Shown piece by piece: positions 37,566 to 45,476 of a stretch of DNA of 64,000 bases. A program made the translations under genes and the position numbers. The notes beneath the pieces are model-generated. The model ran no database searches. It was not told the DNA's origin and saw nothing but the letters and a program-made list of their open reading frames with translations. Numbering within the stretch: the stretch's first letter is position 1; each line of letters opens with the position of its first letter. This stretch comes from Nanohaloarchaea archaeon SG9 (GTDB taxonomy: Archaea > Nanohalarchaeota > Nanosalinia > Nanosalinales > Nanosalinaceae): positions 575,980 through 639,979 of the forward strand of contig CP012986.1 in assembly GCA_001761425.1 (NCBI GenBank). The letters are read 5' to 3'.

Positions 37566-37766
37566 GTGTTAGCTTTGCAAGGAGAGGTTAAGTTCTTCCA
37601 CGACGAGAAGAAGTACGGATTCATCGAGACTGAAGACATGGATGATGACGTATTCTTCCACATCAACGACCTGGAGATTGAAGGTATTGAGGAAGGCATG
37701 GAAGTCGATTTCGACACAGAGGAAGGAGACAAAGGACCGAAAGCAGTCAACGTAACAGAGGCCTAA
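37566..37766 (+). CDS. csp: cold-shock protein (CspA family)
   Basis: QGEVKFFHDEKKYGFIETEDMDDDVFFHINDL is a cold-shock domain (RNP-1-like KYGFI and FFH motifs). An AGGAGG Shine-Dalgarno-like sequence at 37561-37566 lies 8 nt before an in-frame TTG (37575). The likely product therefore starts MQGEVKFF rather than at the GTG at 37566. Confidence 0.8.
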   Translation: MLALQGEVKFFHDEKKYGFIETEDMDDDVFFHINDLEIEGIEEGMEVDFDTEEGDKGPKAVNVTEA

Positions 37767-37877
37767 AACCTGGAAAAAGGTTTCAAAGGCCTTGAGCGGG
37801 TCAAATCTCTTTTTTCTTACACTCTATCATCTTATCCGTAACTTCTTTGAATCTGAGATTCTCCAGTTTTACTGTAG

Positions 37878-38431
37878 ATGAATTATATCTTTGATCTGGA
37901 TGAGACGGTATTTCTCAACTCCGATGTAGCCCTTCCAGCAGTCAAAAAATGGTGAAAGATGCTTTTGACGGAGAACTTTTCGAGACACTGAAAAATCCGA
38001 AAAAGAGATACTCAGAAGCACATTTCCAGGAGACAAAGAAAAGGGTCGATGAAGGCCTTATCTGTTTCGCGAGTGGAGCAGAAAAATGGGTCGGATCAAC
38101 GTCTTACTCCGCAGGCCTTACAAACGCGCCCGGAGAAAGCACCGATTACAAGGCAGAGAAATTCGGTTTAGATGACAGGATGGATCTCCTGCTGAGCACA
38201 AGAGATGTGGAGAGAAAGCCGAATCCTGAAGGCCTTGAAAACATAATAAAAAGCTCTGGAAAGGACAGAGACAGCTTCATGTTTGTCGGAGACTCGTTAA
38301 GAGATCTTATAGCAGGAAAAAGAGCAGGTGTAAGAACAGCACTGATAACCCGGAGAAGATGGATACAGTTACTCGCTGACGAACACTACAGAACCTTTCA
38401 ACAGTTCCTGGAGAAACATCAGGACTGCTAG
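37878..38431 (+). pseudogene. HAD-superfamily hydrolase split by an apparent -1 frameshift in an A6 run (pseudogene, programmed shift or sequencing error)
   Basis: ATG at 37878 gives MNYIFDLDETVFLNSDVALPAVKKW* (HAD motif I DxDxT) and stops at 37953-37955. The ORF 37949-38431 in another frame carries HAD motifs III/IV (RKPNPEG, FVGDSLRDLIAGKRAG). Adding one A to the AAAAAA run at 37944-37949 fuses both into a single ~185-aa HAD hydrolase. Confidence 0.55.
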
Positions 38432-39597
38432 AATTTTCCACGGATCTCTCCCACCAGGTGAAGAGAACCGGTTACAAGAGTACGGCCTTCAGCCCCATCA
38501 ACAGCTTCAACAGGATCATCAACCACCTCAAAATCAAGCTCCTCCTCCGAAGGCCTCCAGGCATGATTTTTATCCGGTAAAGTCAGAACAAAACTATCAG
38601 CATTAGGCCTCAAAATTTTTAACATCTCCATGTAAGGCTTCTTTTCCATGCAGCCGAACACAACTGTATCAAATTTTTTTATAGACTCTGAAAGAGCCTT
38701 GATTCCTCCAAGGTTATGAGCGCCGTCGAGAACCAGTTCAGGGTCTTTTCTGATAACCTCCATTCTACCAGGTACTTCAAGTTCTTCAAGACCTTCAGAG
38801 ATATCTTTGGCCGAAATCTCCAAGTTTTCAGCTCTTTTCAGGGCCTCTACTGCCAGATTTATATTTTTCTCCTGGTAATCTCCCTGGACAGAAGGCCTGA
38901 AAGTCTTCCCCTTGTGAGAGAATTCCAGAGGCCTTTCATTTACTTTTTTGACGTGTCCATCAGGTTTTGAAAGCTCCGAGTTTTTCCTGAGTGCTTTCTC
39001 TTTGATAACTGACAGTGCTGGTTCTTCGGCCTGTGTTACGGAGGGTTTTCCTTCTTTGATTATACCTGCTTTTTCCTCTGCGATCTCGGGAATTGTTCCG
39101 CCAAGTATATCGCTGTGATCAAGGCCTACATTGGTTATGGCAGAGATTTCTGGTTCTACGATGTTTGTGGCGTCTCTTTTTCCTCCGCATCCTGTCTCGA
39201 TCACTGCGATGTCTACATCCTGGTTTATGTAGTGTTTGAAAGCTATGATGACGAGGGATTCGAACATGGAGAAGTCTTTGTTCCTGATTTCTCTGTAAAG
39301 ATCTGCAATTTCCTCTCTTTCGATCAGTTCGCCGTCTACCTCTATCCTTTCTACAAGTTCTCCGAGATGCGGTCCTGTGAACAGGCCTACAGAGTAACCT
39401 GCCTCTCTGAGAATCTGGTAGAGGATGTTGCAGACTGAGCCTTTCCCGTTCGTCCCGGCTACATGGATGACAGGAACCTGTTTCTGTAGGTCTCCCAGTT
39501 CTCTGACCTGTTCTCTGTACTCTTCGAAGCCGAACTCGTCAGGATCTGAGATATCCTCCCTCATCTCGCTGACTGCTTCACTGTAATCCATTAACAA
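38428..39597 (-). CDS. folC: folylpolyglutamate synthase/dihydrofolate synthase-like Mur-ligase family protein
   Basis: 389 aa. IHVAGTNGKGSV is the Mur-ligase P-loop. The FolC-like central and C-terminal domains are present. Confidence 0.8.
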   Translation of the reverse strand: MLMDYSEAVSEMREDISDPDEFGFEEYREQVRELGDLQKQVPVIHVAGTNGKGSVCNILYQILREAGYSVGLFTGPHLGELVERIEVDGELIEREEIADLYREIRNKDFSMFESLVIIAFKHYINQDVDIAVIETGCGGKRDATNIVEPEISAITNVGLDHSDILGGTIPEIAEEKAGIIKEGKPSVTQAEEPALSVIKEKALRKNSELSKPDGHVKKVNERPLEFSHKGKTFRPSVQGDYQEKNINLAVEALKRAENLEISAKDISEGLEELEVPGRMEVIRKDPELVLDGAHNLGGIKALSESIKKFDTVVFGCMEKKPYMEMLKILRPNADSFVLTLPDKNHAWRPSEEELDFEVVDDPVEAVDGAEGRTLVTGSLHLVGEIRGKF

Positions 39598-39644
39598 GCA
39601 GTAACTTGAGCGGAAGCTTTTAGAGAAAGACCATTTCCTGAAAG

Positions 39645-40061
39645 TTACCTTCCCTCAGGATGTTTGTCCACAAACTTCTGTGCATCCTCCTCAGCGAACT
39701 CTCTATCCGAGTAACCGTACATAGGAGTATCTACACTGTCTTCAAGGCCTTCAGTTTCGACATTCCAGAAACCGTTTTTCTTCCTGACAACCTCAACTAT
39801 TGCACCGGTCTTCGAATGAACCCATGAAAACTCGTCTCTTTCCCATTCTCCAACAGACCTCAAATCCTCACAGTAAGAGGAATAACGCCTATTACCCTCC
39901 TTCGAAACAAGCAAAGTCCCTTCATCTGTAAAAATCTCGTACCTCCCGCCGTTAGGACCTTCAACCACGGCCCTGTCCTCGTCTTTCTCTTCGACAGTCA
40001 GAGGAGTCTTCCTGTCATTGAAAAGTATCTTAAGGCCTTCCTCCAGATTTTCAAAATCCAT
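39645..40061 (-). CDS. hypothetical acidic protein
   Basis: 138-aa ORF with no motif recognised. Confidence 0.5.
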   Translation of the reverse strand: MDFENLEEGLKILFNDRKTPLTVEEKDEDRAVVEGPNGGRYEIFTDEGTLLVSKEGNRRYSSYCEDLRSVGEWERDEFSWVHSKTGAIVEVVRKKNGFWNVETEGLEDSVDTPMYGYSDREFAEEDAQKFVDKHPEGR

Positions 40062-40155
40062 CTCTCACAGAAAAAATCTACCTCGACATTTATGAACAGG
40101 CCTTACACACGATCATCTGCTTTTGTGGCGGTAAGATAATAAAAGTTGTAATCCA

Positions 40156-40473
40156 GTGTATATTTCAGTCATGGAGTTCGAAAACGAATCCGCAGAAAAG
40201 GCCTACAAAACAATCGCAAACTCCTCGGGAATAGGCCTCTACGAACTCGTCTCGAGGCCAGAGGACTACCGAGATATCATGCACAGGAAAGACTCTCTAA
40301 GACCTGAAGATCTGGACAAGAATGACCAGGCCTTGAGAGCTCTCAACATACTGGAAGAAGCAGGCCTGGTAATGCAGAACGGAGATTTCCGGACTTATGA
40401 CGTGGTCTCCGACCCTGAAGTCTATGGAGAAACTCTGGAAAAACTCGGGGAGAAAGGAAAGCACCTGGTGTAG
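40156..40473 (+). CDS. hypothetical small protein
   Basis: 105-aa ORF with acidic composition. Confidence 0.5.
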   Translation: MYISVMEFENESAEKAYKTIANSSGIGLYELVSRPEDYRDIMHRKDSLRPEDLDKNDQALRALNILEEAGLVMQNGDFRTYDVVSDPEVYGETLEKLGEKGKHLV

Positions 40474-40633
40474 TATAAAAAGGCCTGTAAGGATTTTTTA
40501 CGCAGAGGTTTATCTTCGTTAAAAAATAGGTCGCAGGGACAGAGGGGAAAGAGGCTTTGAAGCATTGAGTACGTTCCTTTTCTTTCGAACAGTTTCCCTG
40601 TGATTTAAATTAGGTATTTCGAATAGTTTCTTT

Positions 40634-42538
40634 ATGAAAAATTACTTCGCTATCTCAGCTTTTACAGCTTTGCTTGTCGCCACAGCTTTACTCGGTATCT
40701 CAAACCTTGTAACGTCGCCAGGCCCTGAGCCAGCTGGTGAAACCAGCGTTCAAAAATTCGAGTCAGAGCAGGCCTTCAGGCAGTTTGTCTCTGGATCTTC
40801 AGGTGTTAGAGAGTCTTTCCAGGGAAGGACCAGAGATTTCAGTACGAATTTTGAGAGTTCTCTTGACGGATCTTCAGGAAGCTCAGGTTCTGATGTAGAG
40901 AGAAGCTCGGATACCAACATACAGGTCTCAGGTGTTAATGAGCCGGATATACTGAAGAACGGCGGTGAAAAAATATTTTACTCCTCAGAACACACAGACT
41001 ACAGTTACTACCGGACAGGAAGCCAGAGAAATACATCGGTGTTCAATACTTTACCAGCCGAGAACTTTTCGGAAACCGATGAACTACCAGATAACGGAGA
41101 CATGTTCCTCACAGAGAACTCAGTCATCTTTATCGGAGACTCAATGGCCTCATACGACAGGGAGAACTACGATAAAAACTGGGATCTAGGCCTCAACGCC
41201 TCAGTCGAATCAGCGAGAAGGATAAACGACAGCATCTACCTCGTGACACGTGAAAGACCATCCGAGTCAGATCCGTGTCCTGTAAGGCCTCTTGACTCAG
41301 TAAGCATGCCATGTACAGATTTCTACAGGCCTACAGGAGCTGAGGGCGGTGATACTGCCTATACAGTTTCAAAGATAGACGTGGAAAGCGGGGACGTCGA
41401 GAAGACCACAGGTTTTGTCGGTTCAGGCGACAATACTGTTGTCTATGTTTCACATGATTCGATCTACCTGACATATCTTGAGAGAAAGTCGGAGATGGAG
41501 GTCTGGCTGAACTTCCTCGAACAGAGAGGAGACGAATTCTTCGACCAGGAAACTATGGAGAGAATAGAGGAGATCCAGAGCTATGATATAAGCGATAGAG
41601 CGCTCGAGACAGAGGTCCAAAAGGCAGTAAGAAACTATATGGAAGGCCTCTCCGGAGATGAGAGGACGGAGATGCGTGAAAACTTCCAATATGCCTGGGG
41701 CAACTACACGGATGAGAGAAAGCGGCAGCTCTCGACCACAGGCATAGCAGAGTTCAACACAGACCTTGAACTTGAAAATGAGGGACAGGTCCCCGGAGAG
41801 GTCAACGACCAGTTCTCCATCAGCGAGAAAGACGGCGACCTGAGGATTGCTACGACAGTCGGAAACTCATGGGAGTTTGAAGCGGAGTCAGCGAACGATC
41901 TCTACGTCCTCGACGGACAGCTGGATAGAAAGGGCGAGATCCAGGGATTGGGCCTTACAGAGGAGATCTACTCTGTCAGGTACGTCAATGACAAGGCCTA
42001 TGTCGTAACGTTCAGAAGGATCGATCCTTTCCACACAATCGATCTCTCAGATCCTTCGAATCCGGAGCTTGAGGGAGAGCTGAAGCTTCCAGGTTACTCG
42101 TCTTACCTACATCCGCTTTCAGATGAGAGAATCCTGGGCATCGGAGAGGAAGATGGAACTGTAAAGGCCGTGATCTTCGATGTCTCAACTGAGGAACCTG
42201 AGATAGAATCCTCAAAAGTTCTGGACGACTGGTACTCCGAAATCGCGGATTCACATCATGCGTTCACGATCGATAGGAAGCACGAAGTATTCTTCCTGCC
42301 TGGAAGCGAAGGAGGTCACGTCTTCGACTACAGTGAAGGCCTTGAACAGGTCAAAGAAGTCAACATGACTGACGTGAAACGTGCAGCCTATGTCAACGAT
42401 AACCTATACGTCTTCAGTGACACGAACGCAACAGTTATCGACCAGAACAGCTGGGAGACAGTCAAAGAGATCCGGTTCCACGAACCAAGCTACAGGCCTA
42501 TAGAACCGCCAGTGATAGACCCTCCGGTAGTCCGGTAA
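40634..42538 (+). CDS. secreted beta-propeller-domain protein (archaeal 'Beta_propel'-like family)
   Basis: 634 aa. An N-terminal signal/anchor (MKNYFAISAFTALLVATALLGI) is followed by FESEQAFRQFV, which resembles the F-x-S-x-EL..YL start of the secreted beta-propeller family. The rest is long and Asp/Gly/Tyr-rich with repeated blades (e.g. YVVTFRRIDPF, LYVFSDTN). Confidence 0.55.
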   Translation: MKNYFAISAFTALLVATALLGISNLVTSPGPEPAGETSVQKFESEQAFRQFVSGSSGVRESFQGRTRDFSTNFESSLDGSSGSSGSDVERSSDTNIQVSGVNEPDILKNGGEKIFYSSEHTDYSYYRTGSQRNTSVFNTLPAENFSETDELPDNGDMFLTENSVIFIGDSMASYDRENYDKNWDLGLNASVESARRINDSIYLVTRERPSESDPCPVRPLDSVSMPCTDFYRPTGAEGGDTAYTVSKIDVESGDVEKTTGFVGSGDNTVVYVSHDSIYLTYLERKSEMEVWLNFLEQRGDEFFDQETMERIEEIQSYDISDRALETEVQKAVRNYMEGLSGDERTEMRENFQYAWGNYTDERKRQLSTTGIAEFNTDLELENEGQVPGEVNDQFSISEKDGDLRIATTVGNSWEFEAESANDLYVLDGQLDRKGEIQGLGLTEEIYSVRYVNDKAYVVTFRRIDPFHTIDLSDPSNPELEGELKLPGYSSYLHPLSDERILGIGEEDGTVKAVIFDVSTEEPEIESSKVLDDWYSEIADSHHAFTIDRKHEVFFLPGSEGGHVFDYSEGLEQVKEVNMTDVKRAAYVNDNLYVFSDTNATVIDQNSWETVKEIRFHEPSYRPIEPPVIDPPVVR

Positions 42539-42601
42539 GGCCCCAACACCTTTTTCCTCCTTTTTGTTTTTCTCCAGTTACAAATTTCTGCAGTTATTTA
42601 T

Positions 42602-44068
42602 TTGTTACTTCTAAGTAATATTAGTATGTCTGCTGTGGAAGGTATCGGTACTGGCTGGCAGCTGGAGTTCGAGGATATCGATGGCTGGCAGAGCGAAAGT
42701 AAGGAACCGTACGCTAGTTTCCGGGATGAGCCGATGTCTTTCATGAGCTATGGTCAGCTATCCGATGAGAGAAAGCCTTTCTACCAGAGCAGAAGAAACG
42801 TTCTAGCAGGGACTTCAGGCCTTCAGGACCGTTTCTCTCATGAAGGCCCTCCAATGTCCAACTGGTCAAATCATTACCATACACCAGAGTCATGGCAGAA
42901 TGTCAGAAACCTTCACGGCCTTGAAGAAGGCGATAATTATGTTATCAACATGTCGAACAAGGCCCGGAAATGTGCGAAGCCAGAGTTCAAGGATTACCTG
43001 AAACAGAGCGACGACGATGTAGTCATCAATCCGATCGATATGATCAACCTGTTCAAGGACAAGTACCAGACATCAAAGCATTTCGAGGACAAAGGCCTTC
43101 CCGGGATACCAAGTATCAAAGGCGATGAGTTCCTGGAAGGAGGTAAAGAACACGTAGAAAAACAGATCGGTGACGGAGGAAAACACGGTTTTATCGCAAA
43201 GCCCTACAACGGCTCGTTCGGTGACGGAGTTCAACCTCTTGACAGCATGACCGAGGTCTACAACTTCCTGGACGGCGGTATCGAAAGAGAGGACGAAGAA
43301 GAGCTTATAGACCCTGATGAATACATTGTTCAGCCACGTATACCTCATGAAAGCGATCTAAGAGTCATAACAGTTGGAGAAGATGTCGTAAACGCGGAGA
43401 GAAGAAACAATACTGATGATGACATTAGAACCAACCTTTCACAGATGGACGGGATCATAAACGGAACAGATTACAGAGTCTACGGAAAAGCCCTGAAGGC
43501 CTTCAGAGGCCCTAATCCACGTGTGGAGCATATAGATGTTAACTACAAAGAAACACGGATGGAGATGGGAAGGTTCAACGATCTGGCGGATGAAAATTCC
43601 TCTCTCCTGGGTAGACAGGCCAGAAACCTGGCGAATGATATCATAGGTTCCTTCGGGCCTGAAGAGTTCAACTACAACCAGAATCTGGACAGGAAGCCGT
43701 TCAAGATCGGTATGGACTTCATAGAGACAAGTATTGAAGACATCCAGCACCTGCCGGACCGCTACGTTGAGAGGGCCAGTCAGTACGAGGAAGAGGATGG
43801 CACAGTATACCTTTCACCAGAGCTTAACGGCAGCCCCGGATCAATGGCAGATCTTGTCGCACGCTTCTCCAACCACCATGAACAGGTCTCGGCACTTCAC
43901 GTGAACAAACTGATGAGAGATCTAGCTGATCAAGAAACAAAACCGATCAGCCACCACGTTCAGAACCCCAGAAGCGATGTATGGAAAAACATCAAGGACT
44001 GGTACCCAGACCTCGGAGACGACTACCTCCAGAGAGGTTACTACAACCTCAAACCTAAGAACAAGTAA
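42602..44068 (+). CDS. ATP-grasp domain protein (RimK/glutamate-ligase-like) with a long N-terminal extension
   Basis: 488 aa. GFIAKPYNGSFGDGV and YIVQPRIPHESDLRVITVGEDVV resemble the ATP-grasp B- and C-domain motifs. The start may be the Met at 42626. Confidence 0.5.
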   Translation: MLLLSNISMSAVEGIGTGWQLEFEDIDGWQSESKEPYASFRDEPMSFMSYGQLSDERKPFYQSRRNVLAGTSGLQDRFSHEGPPMSNWSNHYHTPESWQNVRNLHGLEEGDNYVINMSNKARKCAKPEFKDYLKQSDDDVVINPIDMINLFKDKYQTSKHFEDKGLPGIPSIKGDEFLEGGKEHVEKQIGDGGKHGFIAKPYNGSFGDGVQPLDSMTEVYNFLDGGIEREDEEELIDPDEYIVQPRIPHESDLRVITVGEDVVNAERRNNTDDDIRTNLSQMDGIINGTDYRVYGKALKAFRGPNPRVEHIDVNYKETRMEMGRFNDLADENSSLLGRQARNLANDIIGSFGPEEFNYNQNLDRKPFKIGMDFIETSIEDIQHLPDRYVERASQYEEEDGTVYLSPELNGSPGSMADLVARFSNHHEQVSALHVNKLMRDLADQETKPISHHVQNPRSDVWKNIKDWYPDLGDDYLQRGYYNLKPKNK

Positions 44069-44099
44069 CTCAAAAAACTTTCATCCAACAACACCTTTC

Positions 44100-44732
44100 A
44101 TGACAGAAGACGAAGGCCTCGAAAAGAGATACGTACTGGACACATCCGCATTCCTCACCAACTACATCAGAGACGAAGAAACCATGGAATCCGCGGTCAG
44201 AGGCCTTCTCAACACTTTAGAGGAAGCGACAAGAGAAGAGGAAATCAACTTCTACATGCCTCCTTCCACTTTCTCAGAGTTAAGAGATATCCTGCGGTCC
44301 AACGATGCAGAGGACGAAACCGTGGAAATGCTGGAAGCCTGGGTCACGAGAAAAAGTCCCTCACGCTACGAGATTTCAGTCCCAGGGGAAGTCGTAGCAG
44401 AGTTCATCGAAGATATGAGAGATCGTGTCAATAAAGGCCTCAGAGACGCAGAGAAAGCCATCAGAGAAGTTGGGGAAACCGAGGAGCCTGATAAAAAACA
44501 TTACTCAAGTGAAGATGTCGTTGTCTCCGACCTGAGGGATAAATACAAAGAAACTATGAGGAAAGGAATCCTTGATTCCCGTGAAGACCTGGACATGCTT
44601 CTCCTTTCACGTGAAATCGATGCAACCGTTGTAACAGAAGATAAAGGAGTCATCAACTGGGCCGAGGACTTCGGAGTCAGCTACATAAAAGGCCGTAACT
44701 TCCCAGATGTCCTGGAAAAGTACATGGACTGA
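44100..44732 (+). CDS. PIN-domain protein
   Basis: The track ORF 43977-44732 overlaps the previous gene. The in-frame ATG at 44100 gives MTEDEGLEKRYVLDTSAFL..., and YVLDTSAF is the PIN motif with the first conserved Asp. This gives about 210 aa. Confidence 0.65.
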   Translation: MTEDEGLEKRYVLDTSAFLTNYIRDEETMESAVRGLLNTLEEATREEEINFYMPPSTFSELRDILRSNDAEDETVEMLEAWVTRKSPSRYEISVPGEVVAEFIEDMRDRVNKGLRDAEKAIREVGETEEPDKKHYSSEDVVVSDLRDKYKETMRKGILDSREDLDMLLLSREIDATVVTEDKGVINWAEDFGVSYIKGRNFPDVLEKYMD

Positions 44733-44786
44733 AACCAGGCGTATCCAAAAACCCGTTAAAAACCTGGAAAAAGATTCTCACATGAT

Positions 44787-45413
44787 ATGAAAGTACTGTT
44801 CATCGTATCCGAGAAAGGCTTCTGGGCGGAAGAATGTTTCACACCCCTGAATAAAATCTCAAAAAAACATGAGGTCACGGTAGCAACCCCAACAGGAGAA
44901 AAACCAAGGCCTGACGAAAAATCCCTTGAGGAAGGCGACCAGGAACTTATGGAAGAAAATAATGAACTAAACTCGCCAATTTCCGCATCAAAGGCCTACA
45001 GAAAAAGGCAGGAATACGATGCCGTCGTCCTGCCTGGAGGCCACGGCACCCTCTGGGATATCAACCAGGACGTACACGTACAGCAAATCCTGAAGGAGAA
45101 AACGGAAAAAGGCCCTGCACTTGTTATATGCCACGCAGTCGGAATCCTCGGTTTCACACCCGAGCTTACAGAGGGCAGGGAAGTCACTGGCTTCCCGAAC
45201 CAATGGGAGGATGGACAGGTCGATGAAAACGAGGTCAGGAACGGAGAAAAACTTCCTTACAGAGTCGAAGACCTGGTGAAAGAAGCAGGCGCAGAATGGG
45301 ACGCAGAACTAGATAAAGACACCTCTGTAACTGTCGACGGCAACCTCATTACCGCAAGAGGCCCTGACTCCAGCGAGAAAGGTGCGGAAAAGTTCCTGGA
45401 AAAGGCCTCATAA
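44787..45413 (+). CDS. DJ-1/PfpI-family protein (class I glutamine amidotransferase-like fold)
   Basis: 208 aa. YDAVVLPGGHG...ALVICHAVGIL is a DJ-1/PfpI nucleophile-elbow-like segment with Cys-His. Confidence 0.75.
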   Translation: MKVLFIVSEKGFWAEECFTPLNKISKKHEVTVATPTGEKPRPDEKSLEEGDQELMEENNELNSPISASKAYRKRQEYDAVVLPGGHGTLWDINQDVHVQQILKEKTEKGPALVICHAVGILGFTPELTEGREVTGFPNQWEDGQVDENEVRNGEKLPYRVEDLVKEAGAEWDAELDKDTSVTVDGNLITARGPDSSEKGAEKFLEKAS

Positions 45414-45476
45414 CTCTCCGTTTTTTTAACAAAAAAGAGCGTAACCCGGTTAAAGGATTAGGCCTCAAATAATCCT

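Noticed and set aside
43977-44099. N-terminal 41 codons of the track ORF 43977-44732
   Set aside because: This part overlaps the 3' end of the ATP-grasp gene. A PIN-domain protein starting at the ATG at 44100 (MTEDEGLEKRYVLDTSAF) is the more parsimonious gene model.
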